From an uncultured Candidatus Saccharibacteria bacterium (lineage in GTDB: Bacteria > Patescibacteriota > Minisyncoccia > Phycocordibacterales > Phycocordibacteraceae): DNA of 64,000 nucleotides. Positions 26,936 through 36,606 of this stretch are shown here, in pieces. The stretch spans positions 198,978 through 262,977 of the forward strand of contig CAYMNZ010000001.1 of NCBI GenBank assembly GCA_964391975.1, read 5' to 3'. The position numbers were made by a program, and so were the translations under genes. How positions within the stretch are numbered: the first letter of the stretch is position 1; every line of letters starts with the position of its first letter. The notes beneath the pieces were generated by a model. That model searched no databases. It saw only the letters and a program-made list of their open reading frames with translations, and was not told the DNA's origin.

Positions 26936-28538
26936 GTTTCTTTTTCTTTCCTTTCGCTTTATTACGAATGACGCGTGTGTCCACGTGTACTGGGGCATGG
27001 GCTTTGCCACGCTCTGGGAGCTCAAGTTCGGAACGTATGTGGCGGCGTGCCATTGAAGTTACAGCGTAATCGAGCCACTTAGCGGTTGGGCGCGCGGACT
27101 CACGCTTCAGAATCTCCACCATGTCGCCGTTACCAATGGTGGTATCAAACGACACCATCTTTCCATTAATCTTAGCCCCGCTCATGCGGTTGCCCAGATC
27201 TGAGTGTATGGCGTAGGCGAAATCAACGGGGGTCGAGCCAATGGGAAGGTCAATCACGTCTCCGCGCGGTGTGAAGACAAAGATGCGGTGTGAGAAGAAG
27301 TCGGACTTGAGCCCTTCAACGAACTCGGTTGAGCCGGTGTTGCCTGCGTGTGCTTCGGCGAGCTCAACCAGCCAGCGCGGCACGTTAGGCGCAACTGCTT
27401 CTTTGCCCGGTTCCTTTTTCGTAAAGTTAAGGAGGTTCGGGATGAGGTTCTGAATCCAGGGGAGTGACATGCGGCGCACTGCTTCGCCAGAGGCAGAACC
27501 GCCAAGGAGCTTGTAGGAGCCGTGGGAGGCAATACCGAATTCAGCCTGTGTGTGCATGTCCTTGGTGCGAATCTGTATCTCAACGATGCCTGCGCCGTCG
27601 GTGACCACGGTAGTATGCAGCGACTGATAACCGCTCGAGGGCTTCGGCACTGAAATGTAATCCTTAAAGCCTCCGGGGAGTGGCTTGTAGGTTGAATGGA
27701 CAAGGCCGAGGGCGGTGTAGCAGTCAGCAACCGTGGGCACGATGATGCGCAGCGCCGCCATATCGTAGATGAGGTTGATGTCGTCTCCCTTGCGCTTCAA
27801 TTTCTGATGGAGGCTCCAGAGTCCTTTCATACGCACATCCGTGCGGAAGTCCTTGATGCCTTGTTTGCTGAGTGCGACTTGGAGCTCGCGCTGCACCTTC
27901 TTAAGACCAGCTTCCGTTTCCTTGGTCTTCAACTTCCGTACTTCAAGGGCGTGTGTGTAGGCGTCAGGATCAATTGCAGGGAAGGAAAGGTCTTCGAGTT
28001 CGCGGCGTATGCGACCCATACCGAGTCGGTCGGCAATAGGAGCGTAGATTTCGAGTGTCTCAAGCGCAATACGCTTTTGTTTGTGTGCTGGCACATGCGA
28101 GAGGGTCTGCATGTTGTGGTAGCGGTCTGCGAGCTTCACGATGAGCACTCGTATATCGGCGGAGGTTGCCACCAGAAGACGGCGAAGTGATTCTGCGTGG
28201 CGTTCTGCTCCACGATATTTGTGCTTACCGAGTTTCGTCACGCCCTCGACGAGGAAGAGCACTTCTGCACCAAACTCCTTCTTTACTTCCTCTTCGGTAG
28301 CCTTGGCGTCTTCAATCGCGTCATGGAGGAGTCCAGCGGCAACCGTTGCAGCATCCATGCCCATTTCGGCCAGGATTTTAGCCACCGCAGCAGGGTGGAC
28401 GAAGTAGGGTTCTCCGGAGTAGCGGGTAACGCCTTTGTGGGCATTCTCAGAGAATGCGTAGGCTTTCTCAATTATTTTTGCATCCTCGGCAGAGAGGTTC
28501 TGCATTTGGGCCAGAATCTCTTTGACGGTGGTCATCAA
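26925..28538 (-). CDS. rel: (p)ppGpp synthetase/hydrolase Rel (short form)
   Basis: HD hydrolase motif (HPAAVAKILAEMGMD...LLHDAIED) and RelA/SpoT synthetase domain. Only 537 aa with Lys-rich tail (KAKGKKKKPKP), i.e. lacking TGS/ACT regulatory domains. Confidence 0.85.
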   Translation of the reverse strand: MMTTVKEILAQMQNLSAEDAKIIEKAYAFSENAHKGVTRYSGEPYFVHPAAVAKILAEMGMDAATVAAGLLHDAIEDAKATEEEVKKEFGAEVLFLVEGVTKLGKHKYRGAERHAESLRRLLVATSADIRVLIVKLADRYHNMQTLSHVPAHKQKRIALETLEIYAPIADRLGMGRIRRELEDLSFPAIDPDAYTHALEVRKLKTKETEAGLKKVQRELQVALSKQGIKDFRTDVRMKGLWSLHQKLKRKGDDINLIYDMAALRIIVPTVADCYTALGLVHSTYKPLPGGFKDYISVPKPSSGYQSLHTTVVTDGAGIVEIQIRTKDMHTQAEFGIASHGSYKLLGGSASGEAVRRMSLPWIQNLIPNLLNFTKKEPGKEAVAPNVPRWLVELAEAHAGNTGSTEFVEGLKSDFFSHRIFVFTPRGDVIDLPIGSTPVDFAYAIHSDLGNRMSGAKINGKMVSFDTTIGNGDMVEILKRESARPTAKWLDYAVTSMARRHIRSELELPERGKAHAPVHVDTRVIRNKAKGKKKKPKP

Positions 28539-28560
28539 GACAGGATACCTGTCTTCGTGG

Positions 28561-30963
28561 CTATTTCAAATATTCGGCTGCTTCAGCAGGAGACATGGTC
28601 TCAGGGTCAACGCTTTCTGGAATAGAGATGCGACGCAGTCCTTTCTTGAGGAACCAGCCGCCCTTGCTCTTGAATGCGACCAGTTGTTTGCCGTTCACAG
28701 GATGTTTACCAATGGTGTGAGCGCGCTCGACGCCCTTTGGAAGGGGTTTAGGAGTGGAGAAGATTTCTACTGCACGCTCGAACGTGATGGTGTACGGGTC
28801 GTCACCTTTCTTGAGCGAGCGGAACTCACCATCGTGCCCGATGTAGGGGCCGAAGCGTCCGGTGTTGGCAATAATCTTCTCCCCGGTTGTTGGGTGCACA
28901 CCAAGTTCACGAGGAAGCGCGAGGTAGTGGACGGCGTCTTCGAGCGTTACTTCAGAAGGCTCCTTGCCTGCAGGAATGCTTGCGCGCTTTGCTTCAATCT
29001 TTGGCTTCTTTTTCTTCTTAGGGGTCTTTGGAGCTTTCTTAGACTTCGTGGTCTTCTTTGGCTCCGGAGCTTCTTCCTCAACAGGAGCAGTGCCGGTAGG
29101 CATCTCCACATACGGACCGAAGCGGCCAGTCTTTACGAAAATAGGGAAGCCAGTTTCTGGGTGGATACCAATAGGCTCGTCTCCCTTAAGCTCACTACCG
29201 TTCTCCTGGCGCGCGCCGTCACAATCTGGATAGCGGGTACAGGAAAGGAAGATGCCACCACGCCCGAGCTTGTACTCCATCGGGCTCGCACACTTTGGGC
29301 ACGGAAATTCTTCTGGTGCTTTACCAAGTGAGGTAGCTTTCGGAAGATCTTCCTTAGAGGCAACGGCAGTTTGAAACGGACCATAGAAATCCTTCAAGGT
29401 TGGAAGATATTTGCGCTCTCCGCGAGCAATCTCGTCGAGCTCGTCTTCCATCTCTGCGGTGAAGGAGTCGCTGATGTATTGTGCAAAGTGCTCCTCAAGC
29501 CATCCAGACACCACCATACCGGTAGCGGTGGGTTTGAGCGTACGTCCTTCCTTGTCGACGTAGCCGCGTACTTGGATGGTCTGCATGATGGAGGCGTAGG
29601 TTGAAGGGCGTCCAATGCCACGCTTCTCAAGCTCCTTAATGAGACCTGCTTCGGTGTAGCGGTTAGGTGGTTCGGTTTGCTTCTCGGTGGAGGTAAGTGA
29701 GGCAAGGTCGAGCGGGTCACCAACAGCAAGCTTCGGAAGCTCTACATCCTCTCCGCGTGCACGCGTATCAAGCGCGAGCCATCCTGGGAACAGCACTCGG
29801 GAACCGTTAGAAGAGAAGAGAGGAATTTCTGCGTCTGCCTTTGCCTTGATACTCGTGCGCTGTACTTTTGCTCCTGACATTTGGGAAGCGAGTGCACGAA
29901 TGCGAATCAGCTCATAGAGGCGCTCCTCATCATCCGTTGCTCCTGCACCACGCTTACCTGCGTCAGTTGGGCGCACGGCTTCGTGGGCTTCCTGAGCATT
30001 CTTGCTCTTGGTCTGATACACGCGGGACTGGACGTACTCTTTGCCAAACTCGCTTTCGATAACCTCGCACATGCGGGCGACCGCCTCCTTTGCAAGATTC
30101 ACGGAGTCCGTACGCATGTAGGTGATGTGTCCAGCTTCGTAGAGTTTCTGTGCGGCGCGCATAGTTCTCGAAGGTGAGAAGCCAAGACGAGTGGAAGCCG
30201 TCTGCTGCATGGTGGAGGTGGTAAACGGCGGCTTTGGTGAACGCGCCTCTGCGCGTTCCGTCATATCGCCAACCGTCCACTTTGCTTTCTGTCCGAGGGT
30301 AAGAATACGCTCAGCTTCTTCCTTGCTCGTTGGTTCCTCTACACAACTTGCAGGGAACTCACCGCCCTTACTTTTAAAGAGTGCGTCGAGTACGTAAAAG
30401 GTGTCAGGAATGAATGCTTTAATTTCGCGCTCGCGTTCAGCCAATATGCGAAGTGCTGGAGACTGCACACGTCCTGCTGAAAGGCCGTAGCGCACCTTCT
30501 TCCAAATAAGGCCGGAGAGGTCATAGCCCACGATGCGGTCGAGCACACGACGAGCCTCCTGTGCCTGGCGGAGGTTCTCATCAATGAGGCGAGGCTCCTT
30601 AAGCGCCTCCTCAATCGCGGTCTTGGTGATTTCGTGGAAGACCACGCGCTGGGGTTTCTTGAGGTCGACTGCTTCCTTTATATGCCACGCAATAGCCTCT
30701 CCTTCACGGTCGGGGTCGGTCGCAAGAAAGACCTCGTCGGCCTTTGCGGCAGCTTTGCGGATTTTGTCGATGACATCCTTCTTGCCAGCAGAAATGACAT
30801 AGCGGGGGACGAAGCCGCCTTCAATATCCACCGCGTCTTTGTTGGATTTAGGGAGGTCACGCACGTGTCCTACAGAGGCGAGCACCTCGTAGTCCTTTCC
30901 TAAATACTTCTGTACTGTCCTCGCTTTCGCTGGGGACTCCACTATAAGTAGTCTCTTAGCCAC
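28561..30963 (-). CDS. topA: DNA topoisomerase I
   Basis: MAKRLLIVESPAKARTVQKYLG... TOPRIM, catalytic core, C-terminal Zn-ribbon-like repeats and Lys-rich tail. GTG start (complement of cac 30961-30963). Confidence 0.95.
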   Translation of the reverse strand: MAKRLLIVESPAKARTVQKYLGKDYEVLASVGHVRDLPKSNKDAVDIEGGFVPRYVISAGKKDVIDKIRKAAAKADEVFLATDPDREGEAIAWHIKEAVDLKKPQRVVFHEITKTAIEEALKEPRLIDENLRQAQEARRVLDRIVGYDLSGLIWKKVRYGLSAGRVQSPALRILAEREREIKAFIPDTFYVLDALFKSKGGEFPASCVEEPTSKEEAERILTLGQKAKWTVGDMTERAEARSPKPPFTTSTMQQTASTRLGFSPSRTMRAAQKLYEAGHITYMRTDSVNLAKEAVARMCEVIESEFGKEYVQSRVYQTKSKNAQEAHEAVRPTDAGKRGAGATDDEERLYELIRIRALASQMSGAKVQRTSIKAKADAEIPLFSSNGSRVLFPGWLALDTRARGEDVELPKLAVGDPLDLASLTSTEKQTEPPNRYTEAGLIKELEKRGIGRPSTYASIMQTIQVRGYVDKEGRTLKPTATGMVVSGWLEEHFAQYISDSFTAEMEDELDEIARGERKYLPTLKDFYGPFQTAVASKEDLPKATSLGKAPEEFPCPKCASPMEYKLGRGGIFLSCTRYPDCDGARQENGSELKGDEPIGIHPETGFPIFVKTGRFGPYVEMPTGTAPVEEEAPEPKKTTKSKKAPKTPKKKKKPKIEAKRASIPAGKEPSEVTLEDAVHYLALPRELGVHPTTGEKIIANTGRFGPYIGHDGEFRSLKKGDDPYTITFERAVEIFSTPKPLPKGVERAHTIGKHPVNGKQLVAFKSKGGWFLKKGLRRISIPESVDPETMSPAEAAEYLK

Positions 30964-31000
30964 AGGCTAACTCATAGCGTACCTATATATAAGGTGTCAA
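30964..31000 (-). promoter_or_regulatory. possible topA promoter (TTGACA ... TATGAG) ending 7 nt before the GTG start
   Basis: Minus-strand read: tTTGACAccttatatataggtacgcTATGAGttagcctGTG. Suggests a short or leaderless topA transcript. Weak. Confidence 0.25.
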
Positions 31001-31014
31001 ATGAAGAAATCTCA

Positions 31015-31869
31015 CTACGTGCGTCTCCAGCCTCCGTATTCTTCCTTTATTAGACCCTTGAGTTCCAGTGTCATGAGGGCTCCAACGACCTCTTTCTCCT
31101 GGTCTTTGAAGCGTTCGATAAGGTCTTTCTGCGTGACGGGTTCAAAGAGTGCAGCGTAGATAACCTGCTCGATTCCCTCGAGTTCCGGAAGCTTCTTCGG
31201 GGTTTCGTTTGGGGTAATGCCAAGTGCTTCAAGTATGTGATGGGGTTCGGTGACCAGAGCGGCGCCGAGGCGAATGAACTTGTGCGCGCCGTAGCCGTTC
31301 GGGTCTCCAATGCGGTGGGGAACGCAGAGCAGGTCGCGGTTGTATTCACCCGCAAGACGAGCAGTAATCAGGGTGCCTGACTTCTCTGCTGCCTCAATCA
31401 TGAGCACTGCGTCAGAGAGTCCCACCATAATGCGGTTTCGGGAGGGGAAGTCTTCGATGCGTGCCTTGTGGTCAGGTTCATGCTCGGAGAGAAGCGCTCC
31501 ACCTTTGGTGAGTATTTCCTTGGCGAGTTCTGCGTTGGTCTTGGGATAAATAGCATTGCTTGAAAGACCGGAGCCGGGGACCGCCATGGTGTGGAGGCCT
31601 GCGGCAAGTGCTGCACGGTGGGCAATCGCATCAATCCCGAGCGCGAGACCTGAGACGATGGAGACTGGGTAGCCTGAAAGTCCTTTGATGAGTTCCTCGC
31701 ATACCTTCTTTCCATACGGTGTTGCGGCACGCGAGCCGACTACGGTGAGGTACTTATGACCCTTCGGTGCCCACTCACCAAGCATCCACAAAGACTCCGG
31801 TGGGCGTGGAATCTCTTTGAGTCCGGCAGGGTATTCCTCCAGAGAGAGTTGTCGCAGGGCTATGGCCAT
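31015..31869 (-). CDS. dprA: DNA-processing protein DprA (Smf)
   Basis: ...LTVVGSRAATPYGKKVCEELIKGL...VSGLALGIDAIAHRAALAAG... Rossmann-like DprA core. Confidence 0.85.
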   Translation of the reverse strand: MAIALRQLSLEEYPAGLKEIPRPPESLWMLGEWAPKGHKYLTVVGSRAATPYGKKVCEELIKGLSGYPVSIVSGLALGIDAIAHRAALAAGLHTMAVPGSGLSSNAIYPKTNAELAKEILTKGGALLSEHEPDHKARIEDFPSRNRIMVGLSDAVLMIEAAEKSGTLITARLAGEYNRDLLCVPHRIGDPNGYGAHKFIRLGAALVTEPHHILEALGITPNETPKKLPELEGIEQVIYAALFEPVTQKDLIERFKDQEKEVVGALMTLELKGLIKEEYGGWRRT

Positions 31870-31889
31870 ACTATGCTAAGACGAAAGAC

Positions 31890-33203
31890 ATGCTCGATAT
31901 TCATTTTATACGAGAGAACGCACAGTTAGTGAAGGACGCTGCGCGAAACAAGAACGTCGAGGTGGATATCGACAGGCTCCTTGTGGTGGACGAGGAACGC
32001 AAAGCCCTCCTGCAGGACTTGGAAGGTAAGCGGGCCGAACAGAACCGAGCCTCCAAGACCATCATGCTTGCTAAGGGAGAGGAGAAGGAAAAGCTTCTTG
32101 AGGCTATGCGTCACCTGAAGAGTGGTATGGGAGAGCTTCAGGAGCGCTTCGACGTACTTGATCTTGAGTGGACCAAGCTCATGCTCGCGGTCCCGAACCT
32201 CCCGTCTCCTGATACACCTGTTGGCAAAGACGAAGACGAGAACGTCATACTTCGTGAATGGGGAGAGAAGCCGAAGTTTTCATTCCCTGCTAAGCCGCAC
32301 TGGGAGTTAGGTGCTGAGCTTGGCATCATCAATACCGAGAAGGCAGGAGAAATCTCTGGAGCTCGCTTTGCGTACCTCATGGGCGATCTCGTGCTTATGC
32401 AGTTTGCGCTTGTTGATATGGTGATGAAGTCGCTTACTTCTCGCGAGACCATGCAGAAGATAATTACTGAGGCAGGACTCGATGTGGATCCAAAGCCATT
32501 TGTGCCAGTCATTCCTCCGGTCATGATGCGCGCCAACGTCATGGGTCGCATGGCACGCCTGCATCCTATTGATGAGCGCTACTACTTCGAGAAAGACGAT
32601 GCAGTATTGATTGGAAGCGCCGAGCACACGATGGGTCCGCTTCATATGGACGAAATCATCGAAGAGAAGAATCTTCCGATTCGCTACCTTGGCTACTCCA
32701 CTTCCTTCCGTCGTGAAGCAGGAGCGGCAGGAAAGGACACGCGCGGCATTTTGCGTCAGCACCAGTTCGACAAGCTTGAGATGGAATCGTTCGCGCGTCC
32801 GGAAGAAGGGTACCGCGAGCAGGACTTGATGGTTGCCATTCAGGAATATTTTGTGAAGCAACTTGAGCTTCCGTACAACGTGATGATTTGCTGCACCGGC
32901 GACATGGGTGGTCCCGACCAGCGCCATCTTGATATCAACATCTGGATGCCAGGACAGGATACGTATCGCGAGACACACAGTGCTGACTACATGGGTGGCT
33001 ATCAGGCACGTCGTTTGAATACACGCGTGAAGGATGCGGAGGGCAATCTCACCCATGTGCACATGAACGACGCTACTGCGTTTGCCATTGGCCGCACCCT
33101 CATTGCCATCATGGAGAACTATCAGCAGGAAGATGGCTCCATCCGCGTACCTTCCGTACTTGTTCCTTATGTCGGCAAAGAAGTCATTCGACGTCAGGCG
33201 TAA
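31890..33203 (+). CDS. serS: seryl-tRNA synthetase
   Basis: N-terminal coiled-coil arm (MLDIHFIRENAQLV...) and class II core motifs. Confidence 0.95.
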   Translation: MLDIHFIRENAQLVKDAARNKNVEVDIDRLLVVDEERKALLQDLEGKRAEQNRASKTIMLAKGEEKEKLLEAMRHLKSGMGELQERFDVLDLEWTKLMLAVPNLPSPDTPVGKDEDENVILREWGEKPKFSFPAKPHWELGAELGIINTEKAGEISGARFAYLMGDLVLMQFALVDMVMKSLTSRETMQKIITEAGLDVDPKPFVPVIPPVMMRANVMGRMARLHPIDERYYFEKDDAVLIGSAEHTMGPLHMDEIIEEKNLPIRYLGYSTSFRREAGAAGKDTRGILRQHQFDKLEMESFARPEEGYREQDLMVAIQEYFVKQLELPYNVMICCTGDMGGPDQRHLDINIWMPGQDTYRETHSADYMGGYQARRLNTRVKDAEGNLTHVHMNDATAFAIGRTLIAIMENYQQEDGSIRVPSVLVPYVGKEVIRRQA

Positions 33204-34095
33204 GGCTCCGGCGAGGAAAGCAGCAGCACCTGCACCTCGTCGTAAGCCTGCCGCTAGAAAGCCCGTAAAGGCGCCTGTGAGGCGCAGTACGCTTGCGGCA
33301 CGTCGTCGTGAGGAAAAGGGTCGCCTTATGGGTTTCTGGGTGCTTGGCGCCGTAATTTTGGTTGGCGCTGTTCTCTATGGTTTCTGGCGTCCGGAGGTGC
33401 GTATTCAAGAGGTGGCTGCACCAAGCGACGCGCACGTTGTTATAGCCAAGGAATCTCTTTCTGGTGCCTATTGGTATGTCTTTCCGCGTGATTCCATCTT
33501 CTTCTACCCAGAAGCTGCTATACGCACAGCAGTGATGGAGGAGTATCCTGAGATTTCTTCACTCTCTATATCTCGCACTGGTTTCACTTCTATCTCGCTT
33601 AAGACAGTTTCGCGTACTGCGGCATTTTGGTGGTGCGGTACTCCAGAGAATGCATCGGCTGCTAACACCACCTGCTTCGAAGCGGACGCGGAGGGGCTCA
33701 TCTTCCGTCCGGTGATTGCAGAGGATGCGTCTTCTACGCCTACGGGTTCCGCGCTTCGCATTTATGCCAATCTCGCTGAGGCGGACAGGGGTCCGAGTTA
33801 TCCCCTGAAAGCGCGCATGGAGAATCTAGACAACATTCCGGATGTACTTCGCTTCGTGAAAGCAATGAAGTCGCTTGGCGTTTCTCCTGTTTCCCTCGCT
33901 ATACGTGAAGACGAGGCAGACCTCTTTGTGCCGAGCTCGGGACGCGGCACGAGAATTACCTATGTGCTCGGGCGCGAAGAGGTGGCAGCTGCACTTGCTG
34001 CCGCAGTGTTTCCTTCGCTCAATTTAACTGACGGTTCAGTTGAGTATGTGGACCTTCGCTTTTCTGGGAAGGCATACGTGAAGCGAAGAGAGTAA
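33169..34095 (+). CDS. FtsQ/DivIB-like membrane protein (basic N-terminus, TM, POTRA-like domain)
   Basis: MSAKKSFDVRRKAPARKAAAPAPRRKPAARK... basic tail. TM GFWVLGAVILVGAVLYGFW. Then RIQEVAAPSDAHVVIAKESLS...YPEISSLSISRTGFTSISLKTVSRTAAFWW fits POTRA_1 pattern. Start uncertain (33169, overlapping serS by 35 nt, or 33328). Confidence 0.4.
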   Translation: MSAKKSFDVRRKAPARKAAAPAPRRKPAARKPVKAPVRRSTLAARRREEKGRLMGFWVLGAVILVGAVLYGFWRPEVRIQEVAAPSDAHVVIAKESLSGAYWYVFPRDSIFFYPEAAIRTAVMEEYPEISSLSISRTGFTSISLKTVSRTAAFWWCGTPENASAANTTCFEADAEGLIFRPVIAEDASSTPTGSALRIYANLAEADRGPSYPLKARMENLDNIPDVLRFVKAMKSLGVSPVSLAIREDEADLFVPSSGRGTRITYVLGREEVAAALAAAVFPSLNLTDGSVEYVDLRFSGKAYVKRRE

Positions 34096-34099
34096 CTCT

Positions 34100-34576
34100 A
34101 TGAGCAAAGTCTTACTTCGACAGTTTGAAGAGCAGGACCAGGACGCAGTGTACGCACTGCATCTACTCGGACTCAAGCAAACAGGAAGTTACATTGAGAA
34201 TCCCGAGGCACGGGATGAATGGGACAAGGACCTCCTCAACATACGTGAGACCTATCTGAATGGAGAGGGAGAATTCCTTGTTGCACACTCAGGGGTAAAG
34301 ATTGTGGGTATGGGCGCGTTGCGCAAACATGACGCTCGAACCGCAGAGATTAAGCGAATGCGAGTTGATCCCGAGTTTCAGGGCATAGGCATAGGCGGGA
34401 GGATACTCGACACACTCTTGGCTACAGCAAAGGAACTGGGGTACATGCGCGCCATACTCGACACTTCGGTCATGCAAGTACCAGCGCAGCACCTCTACGA
34501 GTCTCGCGGATTTGAGCTCTACAAACGAGACATCCAATACGGTCAGGGAATGATGTACTACGAGAAGGAGTTGTAG
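34100..34576 (+). CDS. GNAT family N-acetyltransferase
   Basis: ...RMRVDPEFQGIGIGGRILDTLLATAKELG... acetyl-CoA binding motif A. Confidence 0.75.
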   Translation: MSKVLLRQFEEQDQDAVYALHLLGLKQTGSYIENPEARDEWDKDLLNIRETYLNGEGEFLVAHSGVKIVGMGALRKHDARTAEIKRMRVDPEFQGIGIGGRILDTLLATAKELGYMRAILDTSVMQVPAQHLYESRGFELYKRDIQYGQGMMYYEKEL

Positions 34577-34582
34577 GGTAGA

Positions 34583-35569
34583 GTGGCCGATATGGATTCG
34601 TTCTGGAACAAGCTCCCAAAGCCGTTCTTCGTACTCGCGCCAATGGCGGATGTCACAGACCCTGCCTACCGCAGGCTTATATCTGAAACAGGAAAGCCGG
34701 ATGTCTCGTGGACGGAGTTTGTCTCCGCAGACGGTCTTTTTCATACTCGGGAGAAGAAAGGCATGAAGGATGAGGAGAATCCCCTTATGCGGGACCTCCA
34801 GTTTTCGGAGGGAGAGCGACCGATTGTCGCGCAGTTCTTCTCCGGCACTCCGGAGATGATGGAGTATGCAGCCAAGCTTGCGCTCTCACTTGGGTTTGAT
34901 GGCGTTGATATCAACATGGGTTGCCCTGACCGCTCCATTGAGAAGCAGGGAGCCGGAGCGGGGCACATGAAGAATCCGGAGCTCGCCAAGGAAGTGATAC
35001 GTGCGGCAGTGCGTGGGACCGAAGGAAAGATTCCTGTGTCAGTGAAGACTCGCCTTGGTTACAACCGCATGGAGTACGAGACGTGGTTGCCAGCGGTGCT
35101 TGAGGAAGATATTGCCGCGCTTACCGTGCACCTTCGCACACGCAAAGAGATGTCGCTTGTTCCCGCGCACTGGGAACTGGTGCCAGAGATTGTTGCTATA
35201 CGGGATCGTGTAAAGCCTTCTGTGCTGCTTTTGGCTAATGGGGATGTGAAGAGTATTTCTGAGGCTCGTGAGAAGGCGCTCGCTACCGGACTTGATGGCG
35301 TCATGCTTGGTCGCGGTATCTTTGGAAATCCTTGGCTGTTTTCTACTAAGGAGGAGGCAGCTTCTCGGGAGAAGCTAGAGGCGTTGCTTACGCTTGCGCG
35401 CTATTTCTCCGAACTTACTCCGCCCAAGCACTTCGCCATCCTTAAGAAGCACTTTAAAGCCTTTGTGAATGGCTTTGATGGTGCGGCGGAACTCCGGGGG
35501 AAGCTTATGGAGACCAATTCGCTCTCAGAGCTCGAACCATTAATTGAAGAGGCAATTCCCTTGGTATAA
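34583..35569 (+). CDS. dus: tRNA-dihydrouridine synthase
   Basis: FVLAPMADVTDPAYRRLISETG...DINMGCP... TIM-barrel Dus family. Confidence 0.85.
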   Translation: MADMDSFWNKLPKPFFVLAPMADVTDPAYRRLISETGKPDVSWTEFVSADGLFHTREKKGMKDEENPLMRDLQFSEGERPIVAQFFSGTPEMMEYAAKLALSLGFDGVDINMGCPDRSIEKQGAGAGHMKNPELAKEVIRAAVRGTEGKIPVSVKTRLGYNRMEYETWLPAVLEEDIAALTVHLRTRKEMSLVPAHWELVPEIVAIRDRVKPSVLLLANGDVKSISEAREKALATGLDGVMLGRGIFGNPWLFSTKEEAASREKLEALLTLARYFSELTPPKHFAILKKHFKAFVNGFDGAAELRGKLMETNSLSELEPLIEEAIPLV

Positions 35570-35577
35570 TCCCTGGT

Positions 35578-36606
35578 ATGAGTCACCAGTCCCTCTATAG
35601 GGCGTATCGTCCGCAGTCCTTCAAGGAAGTTGTGGGACAGGAGCAGGTTACGGCACCACTTGCCGAACAGATTAAAGGAAAGACGGTAGGACATGCGTAT
35701 TTGTTCGCCGGGTCTCGTGGTCTTGGAAAAACCTCTGTTGCGCGCATCTTTGCGGCTGAGCTTGGAGTCACTGAGAAGGATTTGTATGAGATTGATGCTG
35801 CAAGCAACAACAGCGTCGACATGATTCGAGAGCTGAATGCGAACGTATTTACGCTTCCCTTTGAATCTCCATACAAGCTCTACATTCTGGATGAGGTGCA
35901 CATGTTCTCGAAGGGAGCATGGAATGCGTTTTTGAAGACGCTTGAGGAGCCGCCAGCGCACGCGATGTTTGTGCTTGCGACCACCGAGCTCGATAAGGTG
36001 CCGGAGACGGTGCAGTCTCGATGCCAGGTGTTTGAGTTCCGTAAGCCATCGCGTGCCGGACTCATGAAGATTGTGTCTTCTGTTTCCAAGAAGGAAGGAT
36101 ACGAGATAGAGCCTGCTGCTGCTGATTTAATTGCGCTTCTGGCTGATGGTTCTTATCGTGATGCGCTTTCGGTGCTTGAGCGAGTGTTCGCGTCTTCTCC
36201 TGACAAGAAGGTGACTCGTGAGGAAGCTGAGAAGGCTACCGGAGCGCCAAAGCGCGTGCTGGTAACGGCTCTCGCTTCTGCATTGTCTGCTGGTTCCGTT
36301 GATGCCGCTCTCACCGCTATTCGTCGGGCAGCTTCCGAGAATGTGGATATGAAGATGTATTTGTCGCTCGTCCTTGAGTACCTGCGGAGCGTGTTGCTTG
36401 TTCGTCACGCCACTGAACTGCGCAAGGAGATTGCAGAGGAAGTAGGGGCTGATGAATACGCGGAGATAGAGAAGCTTGCCATGGATAAAGAATCCAAGCT
36501 TACTCACGCAACACTTCGTACGTTTTTGGATGCAGCAGCCCGTGTGCGCTTTGCACCAGTGCCTGCGCTTCCGCTTGAGCTTGCAGTGCTTGAGCTCTAC
36601 TCGTAA
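35578..36606 (+). CDS. dnaX: DNA polymerase III subunit gamma/tau (short form)
   Basis: YRAYRPQSFKEVVGQEQV...GHAYLFAGSRGLGKTSVARIFA...LDEVHM clamp-loader AAA+ motifs. 342 aa. Confidence 0.85.
   Translation: MSHQSLYRAYRPQSFKEVVGQEQVTAPLAEQIKGKTVGHAYLFAGSRGLGKTSVARIFAAELGVTEKDLYEIDAASNNSVDMIRELNANVFTLPFESPYKLYILDEVHMFSKGAWNAFLKTLEEPPAHAMFVLATTELDKVPETVQSRCQVFEFRKPSRAGLMKIVSSVSKKEGYEIEPAAADLIALLADGSYRDALSVLERVFASSPDKKVTREEAEKATGAPKRVLVTALASALSAGSVDAALTAIRRAASENVDMKMYLSLVLEYLRSVLLVRHATELRKEIAEEVGADEYAEIEKLAMDKESKLTHATLRTFLDAAARVRFAPVPALPLELAVLELYS

Noticed and set aside
32307-33062. 251-aa minus-strand ORF inside serS
   Set aside because: Antisense to serS catalytic core. No motifs.
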